37,378 nt of DNA, from positions 5,079 through 42,456 of the forward strand of contig MHTO01000019.1 in assembly GCA_001823105.1 (NCBI GenBank), given 5' to 3'. Shown piece after piece: positions 1 to 6,840 of this stretch. Position numbers and translations under genes: made by a program. Source of the stretch: Candidatus Wildermuthbacteria bacterium GWA2_46_15. Its GTDB lineage: Bacteria > Patescibacteriota > Minisyncoccia > Minisyncoccales > GWA2-46-15. How positions within the stretch are numbered: the first letter of the stretch is position 1; every line of letters begins with the position of its first letter. The notes under the pieces were generated by a model, which was not told the origin of the DNA, did not search any database, and was given only the letters and a program-made list of their open reading frames with translations.

Positions 1-666
1 GGCGAAATCAGCTTGGCGCACCGCGGTGTTTTGTTCCTGGACGAGTTCAGCGAATTTCCCCGGTCGGTCATGGAAGCTCTACGCCAGCCCCTGGAAGATG
101 GTTGTCTGACCATTTCGAGAAGCCGGGAAAGGGTGGAATATCCGGCTGACTTTATGCTGGTGGCTTCGGCCAATCCCTGCCCCTGCGGCTACTTGAACCA
201 TCCCAAGAAAAATTGTGTTTGCTCTCCCCGGCAAATACGGAAATATCAAAAGAGAATTTCCGGGCCCATTTTAGACCGGATTGATCTGCACGTAGTTGTT
301 CAGCCGGTGGACGTGGAAGAGTTTTCGGAAAACCAAAAAGCCTCGGAATTTTTGGAGTCGTCGGAGAAAATCAGAAAAAGAGTGGCGGCGGCCCGCGAAA
401 TCCAGCTGGCGCGCTTCAAGAAAGAAAAAATTTATACTAACGCCCAAATGAAGAACAGTCACATCAAGAAATACTGCCGACTGACAAAAGAGGTGGAGCA
501 ACTTTTAAAACAGGCCGGCCGGAAATTTCAGCTGTCAGCCCGATCTTATCTGAAAATGATCAAGGTCGCCCGAACTATCGCCGATTTGGAGAGCGCTGAG
601 GCAATTGGCGTGGCCCACATAGCCGAAGCCCTGCAATACCGACCCAAAATCTATGAAGATTTTTAG
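1..666 (+). CDS. comM: Mg-chelatase-like AAA+ ATPase, YifB/ComM family (5' end cut by the window edge)
   Basis: Frame 1 is open from base 1 (GEISLAHRGVLFLDEF, Walker-B-like VLFLDE). It continues with ANPCPCGY and a C-terminal helical domain typical of ComM/YifB. Stop at 664-666. Confidence 0.85.
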   Translation, partial: GEISLAHRGVLFLDEFSEFPRSVMEALRQPLEDGCLTISRSRERVEYPADFMLVASANPCPCGYLNHPKKNCVCSPRQIRKYQKRISGPILDRIDLHVVVQPVDVEEFSENQKASEFLESSEKIRKRVAAAREIQLARFKKEKIYTNAQMKNSHIKKYCRLTKEVEQLLKQAGRKFQLSARSYLKMIKVARTIADLESAEAIGVAHIAEALQYRPKIYEDF

Positions 667-676
667 AATATGAACC

Positions 677-699
677 TGTGCTTAACTTAGTTAAGCACA
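677..699. repeat. Perfect palindrome TGTGCTTAAC-TTA-GTTAAGCACA (REP-like hairpin), 11 nt after the comM stop
   Basis: Read directly: 10-bp arms are exact reverse complements with a 3-nt centre. The same arms recur at 36209-36229 and a half copy at 37218-37225. No T-run follows. Confidence 0.8.
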
Positions 700-706
700 C
701 AATGGC

Positions 707-1075
707 ATGAATAAATTTAAAGCGCTGGAAACAGGGAAAAAGGGCGAAGAAATGGCCCGAGAATATTTGGAGAAAAGGGGGTATCAGATTGTCGAGCAAA
801 ATTACCGGACAAAATACGCGGAAATCGACCTGATTTGCCGGCAGAAAAACAAACTGGTTTTGGTGGAAGTGAGGACAAAGATGGGAGAAGATTTTGGCGC
901 GCCGGAGGAAACCATTAACGGGAAGAAGAAAAGAAAACTGCGCGGCAACGCCCTGGCCTACGCCCGGGCCGCCCGGTGGCCGGGTCCCTTACGAGTCGAT
1001 GCCGTCTGCATCGTTCTGAAGGAAGATTATTCCGTGGCGCGTTTAAACCACTACGAAAACATCATTGAGGATTAG
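707..1075 (+). CDS. yraN: YraN-family (UPF0102) endonuclease-like protein
   Basis: 122-aa ORF. G(E)EMAREYLEKRGYQIVEQNYR...EIDLI...LVLVEVRTK is the typical YraN pattern, and it sits next to comM as in many bacteria. Confidence 0.8.
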   Translation: MNKFKALETGKKGEEMAREYLEKRGYQIVEQNYRTKYAEIDLICRQKNKLVLVEVRTKMGEDFGAPEETINGKKKRKLRGNALAYARAARWPGPLRVDAVCIVLKEDYSVARLNHYENIIED

Positions 1076-1093
1076 TCTTAAATAGGTTATAAT
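1065..1093 (+). promoter_or_regulatory. Sigma70-like promoter TTGAGG-17-TATAAT
   Basis: TTGAGG at 1065-1070, 17-nt spacer, TATAAT at 1088-1093, 26 nt upstream of the 1120 ATG. Confidence 0.5.
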
Positions 1094-1119
1094 CAATAAT
1101 TAACCAACTTAACAAAAAT

Positions 1120-3567
1120 ATGACAGAACAAATCAATTCTACCCGTACCTGGCAAAAGGTTTCCAAAACCAGCCTCTTCTTGGCGGTCTTCCTCTTGCCC
1201 ATCCTGTTTCTGCCCTTGACCAGTAACGTGCTGGATTTTAACAAGCAGACCGTCTTGGTCTTCCTGGTTTTGGCCTCGCTCTTCTCCTGGCTCTTAAAAT
1301 CTTTGATTGAAGAGAGAATCACTCTAGAGCTGAGCTGGTTTAACTTGGCGCCGGTCGTCCTGGTCTTGCTGGCCGGACTCTCGACCCTTTTCTCGGCCTA
1401 CAAGTACGCCAGTTTCTGGGGCTGGCCCTTGGTCATCGCTTCCAGCTTTCTGAGCACGCTGGCCTTAGTTCTGCTCTACTTCCTTATCATCCATCTTTTC
1501 AAGCAGCCCGAAGACATTTTCGGTCTGATCTTTGTTTTGGTCTTTGCCGGGTTGTTGGTTTCTCTCGTTTCTCTGCCCCATCTCTTGGGCAAGTTTCCTC
1601 TGCCTTTTGATTTCAGCAAAGCCACTTCCTTCAACCCAATCGGCACGGTCAATTCCTTGGCCGTTTTCCTGGCCAGTCTTCTGCCGCTGGCCGCCAGCCT
1701 CATCTTCATCTCCCGCTCGAGACTGATCAAGTTCCTGGTCTGGTTTTTTGTGGTCCTGGCCCTTTTCTTGCTCCTGGCCATCAACTTCCAGACGGCCTGG
1801 CTCGTCCTTTTGGTCGGTTCTTCCCTGATCCTCATCTTCGGCATTTCGAGGCGAGAGATCTTCAACCTGAGCTGGCTGTTTCTGCCCATGCTTTTATTGG
1901 CCGTTGCCCTTTTTGCTTTGGTGATGAGAGCCTCGATCCTGCCCACCCTGGATCTGCCGGCCGAGGTTTCGCCGACCCTGGGCACGAGCTTCAAGATCTC
2001 TTTGCAAACGCTCAAGGATTTCCGGCCGCCCTTTTCCTGGTTCTTTGGTTCGGGTCCCGGCACCTTTGTCTATGACTATGCCAAGTACAAACCTTTGGAA
2101 ATCAACCAGACGGTTTTCTGGGGCACGCGATTCGGCTCGGGTAGTTCTGAAGTCCTGGACCGGCTGGCCACCACCGGATCCCTGGGTTTCCTCTCCTTTT
2201 TGAGCGTCATGCTGGTGGGCTGGGTCCTGGGCCTGCGGTCCATCATTTCCCGTGAATTCCGCAAAGAGAACTTTGCCTGGATTCTTTTGATCGGCGTCTT
2301 TAGTAGCTTTGCCGGTCTGACCCTGGGCCTCTTCTTCTACTCGGCCAATCTTTCTCTGATGTTTCTCTTTTGGCTGCTCTTGGCTTCGATCTTCTGCCTG
2401 GTCGGTGGCAAGAGCCGGAACTTTGATTTGAAGCCCAGCGAGCCCGTGGAAGGCAAGAAGTCCCGCCTGAACACGCCTTTTGTTACCGTCGGCGTTTCCT
2501 TCGCCTTCATCGTCGTCCTCATCGCTTCGATGGGCATCTTCTTTGTTCAAGGGCAGCGCTACCTGGCTGAAGTCAATTACTTGCGAGCATTGACGAGTGT
2601 CCAGAAAGGCAACAATGCGGCGGCTGTTGATTCTTTGGCCCGGGCCATCCGTTTGACCGGCAGTAGCCAAGACAATTACTGGCGAGATCTATCCCAGGTC
2701 TATCTCTTTCGCATCAACGAGGAAGCCACCAAACCGGATCTGACCCAGGAAGAAAGATCCAAGAGGGTCTCTGATCTCATCACTCTTCTGGTGGCCTCGG
2801 CCAAGTCTTCTTCCGACTCTTCGCCCAAGAACGTGGCCAACTGGAGCATTCGAGGCTACGTCTACAGCCAGCTTCTGAATCTCATCAACGGCTCCGACAA
2901 TTGGGCCGTCACCGCTTATGAAGAAGCCCTAAAGCTGGAGCCAGCTAATCCCTTCACCTATACGGCCTTAGGTCAAGTTTACGCTAACCGGGCCGATAAC
3001 CTAGCTTCGGACAAGGAAAAAGTGGCCGAAAGGCAACAGGCCTTGGATCAGGCCCGCGAAAAGTTCCAGAAAGCCAAGGACTTAAAGTCCGACTACGCGC
3101 CGGCCCGCTTCCAGCTGGCCATGATTGACATCCGCGAGAACAAGGTCAAGGACGCCATTGATAAGCTGGAAGAGACCAAACAAATTGCGCCCTTTGACAC
3201 GGGCCTGGCTTTCCAGCTGGGTCTGGTCTATCGGGCCGACAACCAGAAGGACAAAGCCCAAGCCGAATTCGAGCGAGCCGTGGCTTTGGACGCCAATTAT
3301 GCCAACGCCCGCTATTTCCTCGGCCTTTTGTATGACCAGGCTAACGAAAAGCAGAAAGCCATTGACCAGTTTGAGAAGATCGTTCAGCTCAATCCGGATA
3401 ACGAATTGGTCAAAAAGATTTTGGAGAATCTTAAAGGCGGTAAACCGGCTCTGGAAGGTTTGACCGAGGCTCAGCCGCAACCGCCCATTCAGGAAACACC
3501 AACGGAACAGCTTCAATCGCCCGTAGTTTCGCCCTCACCCAGCCCGAGCCCGAAGACTAAGAAATAG
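1120..3567 (+). CDS. Large polytopic membrane protein, O-antigen ligase/Wzy_C-like core plus C-terminal TPR repeats
   Basis: 815-aa ORF with many hydrophobic helices and an FGSGPGTF motif region. The C-terminal ~280 aa are TPR-like (AYEEALKLEPANPF, FERAVALDANYANARYFLG, QFEKIVQLNPDN), followed by an SPSPSPSP tail. Confidence 0.75.
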   Translation: MTEQINSTRTWQKVSKTSLFLAVFLLPILFLPLTSNVLDFNKQTVLVFLVLASLFSWLLKSLIEERITLELSWFNLAPVVLVLLAGLSTLFSAYKYASFWGWPLVIASSFLSTLALVLLYFLIIHLFKQPEDIFGLIFVLVFAGLLVSLVSLPHLLGKFPLPFDFSKATSFNPIGTVNSLAVFLASLLPLAASLIFISRSRLIKFLVWFFVVLALFLLLAINFQTAWLVLLVGSSLILIFGISRREIFNLSWLFLPMLLLAVALFALVMRASILPTLDLPAEVSPTLGTSFKISLQTLKDFRPPFSWFFGSGPGTFVYDYAKYKPLEINQTVFWGTRFGSGSSEVLDRLATTGSLGFLSFLSVMLVGWVLGLRSIISREFRKENFAWILLIGVFSSFAGLTLGLFFYSANLSLMFLFWLLLASIFCLVGGKSRNFDLKPSEPVEGKKSRLNTPFVTVGVSFAFIVVLIASMGIFFVQGQRYLAEVNYLRALTSVQKGNNAAAVDSLARAIRLTGSSQDNYWRDLSQVYLFRINEEATKPDLTQEERSKRVSDLITLLVASAKSSSDSSPKNVANWSIRGYVYSQLLNLINGSDNWAVTAYEEALKLEPANPFTYTALGQVYANRADNLASDKEKVAERQQALDQAREKFQKAKDLKSDYAPARFQLAMIDIRENKVKDAIDKLEETKQIAPFDTGLAFQLGLVYRADNQKDKAQAEFERAVALDANYANARYFLGLLYDQANEKQKAIDQFEKIVQLNPDNELVKKILENLKGGKPALEGLTEAQPQPPIQETPTEQLQSPVVSPSPSPSPKTKK

Positions 3568-3673
3568 CGCAAAGTATAAAGTGCAAAGCGTAAAGTTACA
3601 ATTCAAAACTTAAAGCTGACGAGTGTTTTACATTTTACGCTGTAGTTTTGAGTTTTGAGCTTTGCGCTTTGAG
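3567..3673. repeat. Heptamer-phased A-tract arm (3567-3616) followed by a T-tract arm (3624-3673); imperfect hairpin, terminator-like
   Basis: GCGCAAA GTATAAA GTGCAAA GCGTAAA GTTACAA TTCAAAA CTTAAAG, then GTGTTTT ACATTTT ACGCTGT AGTTTTG AGTTTTG AGCTTTG CGCTTTG. The array starts at the G of the TAG stop. It contains the 13-mer TTTGCGCTTTGAG (3661-3673). Confidence 0.75.
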
Positions 3674-3682
3674 TTTCTGCCA

Positions 3683-5923
3683 ATGGAATCTTCTCTGAGT
3701 AAACTTATGCGCTACGGTTTTTATTTATTGGTTTTTCTCACGCCGCTCTTCTGGCTGCCTTTTTCCTTTGAAGCCTGGGAATTCAACAAGGTGTTTTTGT
3801 TGTTTTTTGGAGGACTAGGTCTTTTGCTGGCCGTGACAATCAATCGGTTTCGTCAACAGTCAAATTTTCAATTTCTCTGGCCGTTTGATTTTCTGGTTTT
3901 ACTCTTTTTGCTACTGGCGGCGGTTTCAGCTTTTTTCTCGGTCGATAAGATCGCCAGCCTCTTTGGGTTTTATGGCCGCTTCTCCGATGGCCTGGTCGGC
4001 CTCCTGAGTTTTATCTTGGTCTATCTTTTGGCTCGGCGGCAAAAGGATCCGACTCGGTTGATCAAGATTTTGTTGGCCTCGGGTTTGATGGTTGTCTGTT
4101 TGTCCTTTTTGGCCCTGACCGGGATTTTTGGCAACCTAGCCGGTTTCAGCGCTACCTTAAAACAGCTGAATTTCAACCCGGTTTCTCCGTCTTTCGAGGG
4201 CCTGACTTTGTTTTTGGTGCCTCTGGTTTTTTTGGCCCTAGGCGTTCTCAAAGAGAAAACCAAATTTATCTTTCTGGTTTTTTCTTTGGGCCTGATCTTT
4301 TTGGTTGATTACACTCCGGCCTGGGTGGTTTTGGGGCTGACCTCTCTTCTGGCTTTAATTTTCCTTTTCTTAAAGAGCTTTAAGGACAAAGAGGGAAACT
4401 TTCTCAGGAAAAACCTGGCGCTGGCCTTATTTTTAGTATTGGCGACTCTGGGCATCAGTTTTAATCTGAATCAAGTTGTGCCCCCGGCTTTGGTCGGCTT
4501 TCCCCGCGAAGTGACCCTGGACCAGACTACCAGCTGGCAGGTCGCCCAAGATTCTCTGAGGGCCCGGCCTCTTTTGGGATCTGGCCCCGGCACCTTTTTC
4601 TACGATTTCTCTCGCTTTCGACTAGCCAGTTTCAACGACGATCCCTTGTGGCAAGTGAGGTTTGACCGGCCGATTAGTCATATAGCCGAGGTGGTTGCTA
4701 GCACAGGGGTAGTGGGAATTTTAGTCTACTTTATTTTGATAGCCGCAGTTCTGAAATCCAAAATTCAACCCTTCGACAGGCTCAAGATTGTCCCGAGCAA
4801 CGTCGAGGGACAAAATTCAAAATTAGAAACGGAGATACCCGACGTTTTATTCTTTGCGTTTTTGGCCGTGGTCATCAGTCAGTTTGTTTATTACCAGAAC
4901 GCGGTTTTGGGATTCAGTTTTTGGCTGTTCTTGGGACTGATCGCGGGCCAGGCCGGGCAGGCCCGGAGCTTTAACTTTCCTTTGCTATCGAGATTTTCCC
5001 GGCTCAAACCACTCAGCCTCGAGAGCCTGAAAGGGAGAATCGTCTTCACGAGTTTAATTCTGGTCTTGAGCCTCGTTCTCCTTTCGATTGTCTTCATCGG
5101 CCTGCGGATCTACGGGGCGGATTCATTCTACCGTCAGGCTTTCCAGAAAGCCGCCGGCCCGGAAAAGACCGCTCTCTTACAGAAAGCGGTTCTCACCAAT
5201 CCATTTTTTGCCGAATACCAGATCATCCTGAGCCGCGCCTTATTAAACTCGGCCCTGGCCGAGTCGCAAAAGCCGAGTCGCGACCTGACCAAGATTTTTC
5301 AGGATTTGAGCCGGTCCACCGACGCGGCCAAGCAAGCCACTCAGCTTTCGCCCCGGTGGGTGGCCGGCTGGGAAACCCTAGGCATGATTTATCAGGAAAT
5401 TCAAGGCCTGGCGACGGGCGCCGAAGAAGCCGGCCAGCGATCTTTTGAAAAAGCCATTGAATTAGAGCCAACTAATCCCTTGCTTTATTCCCGGCTGGGT
5501 AAAGCTTTTTTTGTCCAGGATCAGTTTGACGAGGCCCGGATCCAGTTTGAAAAAGCCCGTCACCTTAAATCCGACTTGCTCGAGCCGAAACTTTATCTGG
5601 CTTTGATTAAGGAAAAGAAAGGGGATCTGCCCGGAGCGATCCGGAACCTGACGCACTTGCAGACGTTTTCTCCTTTGAATGTCGACGTGGCTTTCCAGCT
5701 GGGCCGGCTTTACTTCAACCAAAACCAGAACGATCCGGCTATCCAGCAGTTTGAAAAGGTTCTGACCCTCAATCCGTCTCACCTCGACAGTCTCTATTCT
5801 CTGGCCCTGGCTTGGGAGAAGAAGGGCCAGAAAGCCCAAGCCATTTCTTATTTGGAAGAAGCTCTCCAGATCAGTCCCGATAACGCGCAGCTGAAAGAAA
5901 AACTGCAGGAGTGGCAGAAATAG
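3683..5923 (+). CDS. Second O-antigen ligase/Wzy_C-like polytopic membrane protein with C-terminal TPR repeats (tandem paralogue)
   Basis: Same architecture as 1120-3567 (LGSGPGTFFYDF; FEKAIELEPTNPLLY; QQFEKVLTLNPSH; LEEALQISPDNAQL). I prefer the ATG at 3683, because the TTG at 3662 in the ORF track lies inside the upstream repeat. Confidence 0.75.
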   Translation: MESSLSKLMRYGFYLLVFLTPLFWLPFSFEAWEFNKVFLLFFGGLGLLLAVTINRFRQQSNFQFLWPFDFLVLLFLLLAAVSAFFSVDKIASLFGFYGRFSDGLVGLLSFILVYLLARRQKDPTRLIKILLASGLMVVCLSFLALTGIFGNLAGFSATLKQLNFNPVSPSFEGLTLFLVPLVFLALGVLKEKTKFIFLVFSLGLIFLVDYTPAWVVLGLTSLLALIFLFLKSFKDKEGNFLRKNLALALFLVLATLGISFNLNQVVPPALVGFPREVTLDQTTSWQVAQDSLRARPLLGSGPGTFFYDFSRFRLASFNDDPLWQVRFDRPISHIAEVVASTGVVGILVYFILIAAVLKSKIQPFDRLKIVPSNVEGQNSKLETEIPDVLFFAFLAVVISQFVYYQNAVLGFSFWLFLGLIAGQAGQARSFNFPLLSRFSRLKPLSLESLKGRIVFTSLILVLSLVLLSIVFIGLRIYGADSFYRQAFQKAAGPEKTALLQKAVLTNPFFAEYQIILSRALLNSALAESQKPSRDLTKIFQDLSRSTDAAKQATQLSPRWVAGWETLGMIYQEIQGLATGAEEAGQRSFEKAIELEPTNPLLYSRLGKAFFVQDQFDEARIQFEKARHLKSDLLEPKLYLALIKEKKGDLPGAIRNLTHLQTFSPLNVDVAFQLGRLYFNQNQNDPAIQQFEKVLTLNPSHLDSLYSLALAWEKKGQKAQAISYLEEALQISPDNAQLKEKLQEWQK
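4769..4810. repeat. Imperfect palindromic element CCCTTCGACAGGCTCAAG-attgt-CCCGAGCAACGTCGAGGGA embedded in frame in the CDS
   Basis: Read directly. It shares the exact 15-mer CCTTCGACAGGCTCA with 36332-36346 and is flanked by the 10-nt direct repeat CAAAATTCAA (4759-4768, 4811-4820). Confidence 0.75.
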
Positions 5924-5940
5924 TTTAGCCGTTTTTCTCT

Positions 5941-5969
5941 TTGACAAATAACACAGACGGTGTTATAAT
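5941..5969 (+). promoter_or_regulatory. Consensus sigma70 promoter TTGACA-17-TGtTATAAT
   Basis: TTGACA at 5941-5946, 17-nt spacer, extended -10 TG (5961-5962) plus TATAAT at 5964-5969. AGGAGGA (5999-6005) and the ATG at 6010 follow. Confidence 0.8.
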
Positions 5970-6009
5970 TTGTCATTGGAGTGGAGACAGACTAGAACAG
6001 GAGGAAACG

Positions 6010-6465
6010 ATGATCTGGTTCATTCTCATTCTGCCGCTCCCCTTCGTGGGAGCCCTCGCTTTGCGGTTTTGCGCAGAATATGCTATCCGGCGGGCCCGGG
6101 CCACGACGCCGGACTGGGGACAGGCACTGATCTGGGCGGGCAGCGGCGCGATCGCGCTGCTTTCCCTGATCCTGGTCTCGCTCGTCGGCATGTGGTTCCT
6201 GAAAGCCGGGGCCACGGGCGCCGGCCTGGTGCTGGGGATTACTGCCATCGGGTTGATTTCGCCCGAACTCTGGGTCGCCATCAGCGCCTGGCTGCGCGAT
6301 CCGAGGCACTTGCCCTGGCTCGTGGTCCCATTCCTTCTCGTTGGTCTGGTAATTTTCTTTCTGACCAACGGGAGCCTGGCGATCACCTTGCTTTCCGAAC
6401 TGCTCGTTCTGTTGGTGATCGGCCTGGGCATCGGTCTGATGTTCAGGCCCTTCCGGCGGAAATAG
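6010..6465 (+). CDS. Small GC-rich integral membrane protein (about 4 TM), no family recognised
   Basis: 151-aa ORF starting at an ATG 5 nt after AGGAGGA. Third codon positions are strongly G/C in this frame. The TTG at 5941 in the ORF track is the -35 hexamer, not a start. Confidence 0.7.
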   Translation: MIWFILILPLPFVGALALRFCAEYAIRRARATTPDWGQALIWAGSGAIALLSLILVSLVGMWFLKAGATGAGLVLGITAIGLISPELWVAISAWLRDPRHLPWLVVPFLLVGLVIFFLTNGSLAITLLSELLVLLVIGLGIGLMFRPFRRK

Positions 6466-6488
6466 GACAGAATCGCAAAGCCAAAAGG

Positions 6489-6521
6489 CGGGTTTCCACA
6501 GAGGAACCCGTCTTTGATTTT
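6489..6521 (+). terminator. Intrinsic terminator after the 6010-6465 gene
   Basis: CGGGTTTCC-acaga-GGAACCCG (8 bp with one bulged T), followed by TCTTTGATTTT. Confidence 0.6.
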
Positions 6522-6533
6522 CGGCCCGTCCCC

Positions 6534-6558
6534 GGTTGCTTGGTCAGACCAAGCAACC
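6534..6558. repeat. Perfect palindrome GGTTGCTTGGTC-A-GACCAAGCAACC (REP-like), with an extra half-site CAGGCAAC at 6562-6569
   Basis: Read directly. It has a twin at 37236-37258 and shares the GGTC-N-GACC apex with the palindromes flanking ORF 16187-16927. Confidence 0.8.
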
Positions 6559-6627
6559 GACCAGGCAACCGCTTTGACTGGCCGCGAAAAAGTTCTCAAT
6601 TGGAAGAGTTTCAGAAATAAAGAGTTG

Positions 6628-6661
6628 ACGTCTTAAGACTGCTATAGCAGTTTTAAGACGT
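6628..6661. repeat. 34-nt near-perfect palindrome ACGTCTTAAGACTGCTA|TAGCAGTTTTAAGACGT followed by a T-run
   Basis: 17+17 nt with one mismatch, followed by TACCTCATTTTTTATTT. It could act as a terminator or operator. The 8-mer ACGTCTTA recurs at 6761-6768. Confidence 0.7.
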
Positions 6662-6688
6662 TACCTCATTTTTTATTTGTAGCTACAA

Positions 6689-6709
6689 TTGCCTAGCTAA
6701 GCTAAGCAA
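6689..6709. repeat. Imperfect palindrome TTGCCTAGC-TAA-GCTAAGCAA
   Basis: 9-bp arms with one mismatch. It shares the 9-mer TTGCCTAGC with the repeats flanking ORF 23384-24109. Confidence 0.55.
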
Positions 6710-6742
6710 TTTCTAAGCAGTTCGCTAATTAAAAAAGGTCTC

Positions 6743-6772
6743 TTGACAGCCATTTTCGAAACGTCTTACAAT
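6743..6772 (+). promoter_or_regulatory. Sigma70-like promoter TTGACA-18-TACAAT (distal rpoB promoter candidate)
   Basis: TTGACA at 6743-6748 and TACAAT at 6767-6772, with an A-rich UP-like stretch TAATTAAAAAAGG upstream. Confidence 0.6.
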
Positions 6773-6811
6773 GAACTTTAGACGCACTCACCAGAACCCC
6801 GTTGAACGGGG

Positions 6812-6840
6812 TAGACATTTTTTGGGTTGTTTGCTATACT
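6812..6840 (+). promoter_or_regulatory. Sigma70-like promoter TAGACA-17-TGcTATACT (proximal rpoB promoter candidate)
   Basis: TAGACA at 6812-6817, TG at 6832-6833, TATACT at 6835-6840, about 125 nt upstream of the rpoB ATG. Confidence 0.55.

Noticed and set aside
1894-2670. Long antisense ORFs inside conserved or clearly coding genes (e.g. 1894-2670 -, 8113-8904 -, 9499-10005 -, 11620-12336 -, 33786-34247 -).
   Set aside because: They lie opposite well-supported CDSs (membrane protein, rpoB, rpoC, lemA) and have low-complexity, Arg/Gly-rich composition with no start signals. They are typical shadow ORFs.
3567-3673. Possibility that the repeated GCGCAAA-type arrays or the recurring palindromes form a CRISPR array.
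   Set aside because: There are no regularly spaced identical repeats of 24 nt or more separated by unique spacers. The units are 7 nt and contiguous, the palindromes are single and dispersed, and no cas genes are present.
4759-4820. The 10-nt direct repeat CAAAATTCAA as a bona fide target-site duplication of the palindromic element.
   Set aside because: The repeat-to-repeat distance is 52 nt, not a multiple of 3, although the ORF is intact. The word itself belongs to the A-rich heptamer repeat family seen elsewhere (e.g. 10711-10722). It may therefore be repeat composition rather than a TSD, and is reported only as an uncertainty.
5970-6620. Overlapping ORFs of 105-216 aa on both strands (5970-6620 +, 5973-6599 -, 5992-6309 -) that could suggest overlapping or antisense genes.
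   Set aside because: They are Arg/Pro/Gly-rich translations of a GC-rich stretch. Only the 6010-6465 frame has a promoter, an SD, GC3 bias and a coherent TM-helix pattern. The others are stop-poor by composition.
6796-6823. The hairpin CCCCG-ttgaa-CGGGG plus a T-run as an intrinsic terminator or attenuator downstream of the distal rpoB promoter.
   Set aside because: The stem is only 5-6 bp, the T-run is separated from it by 5 nt, and it overlaps the -35 of the proximal promoter. This is too ambiguous to call as a terminator feature.
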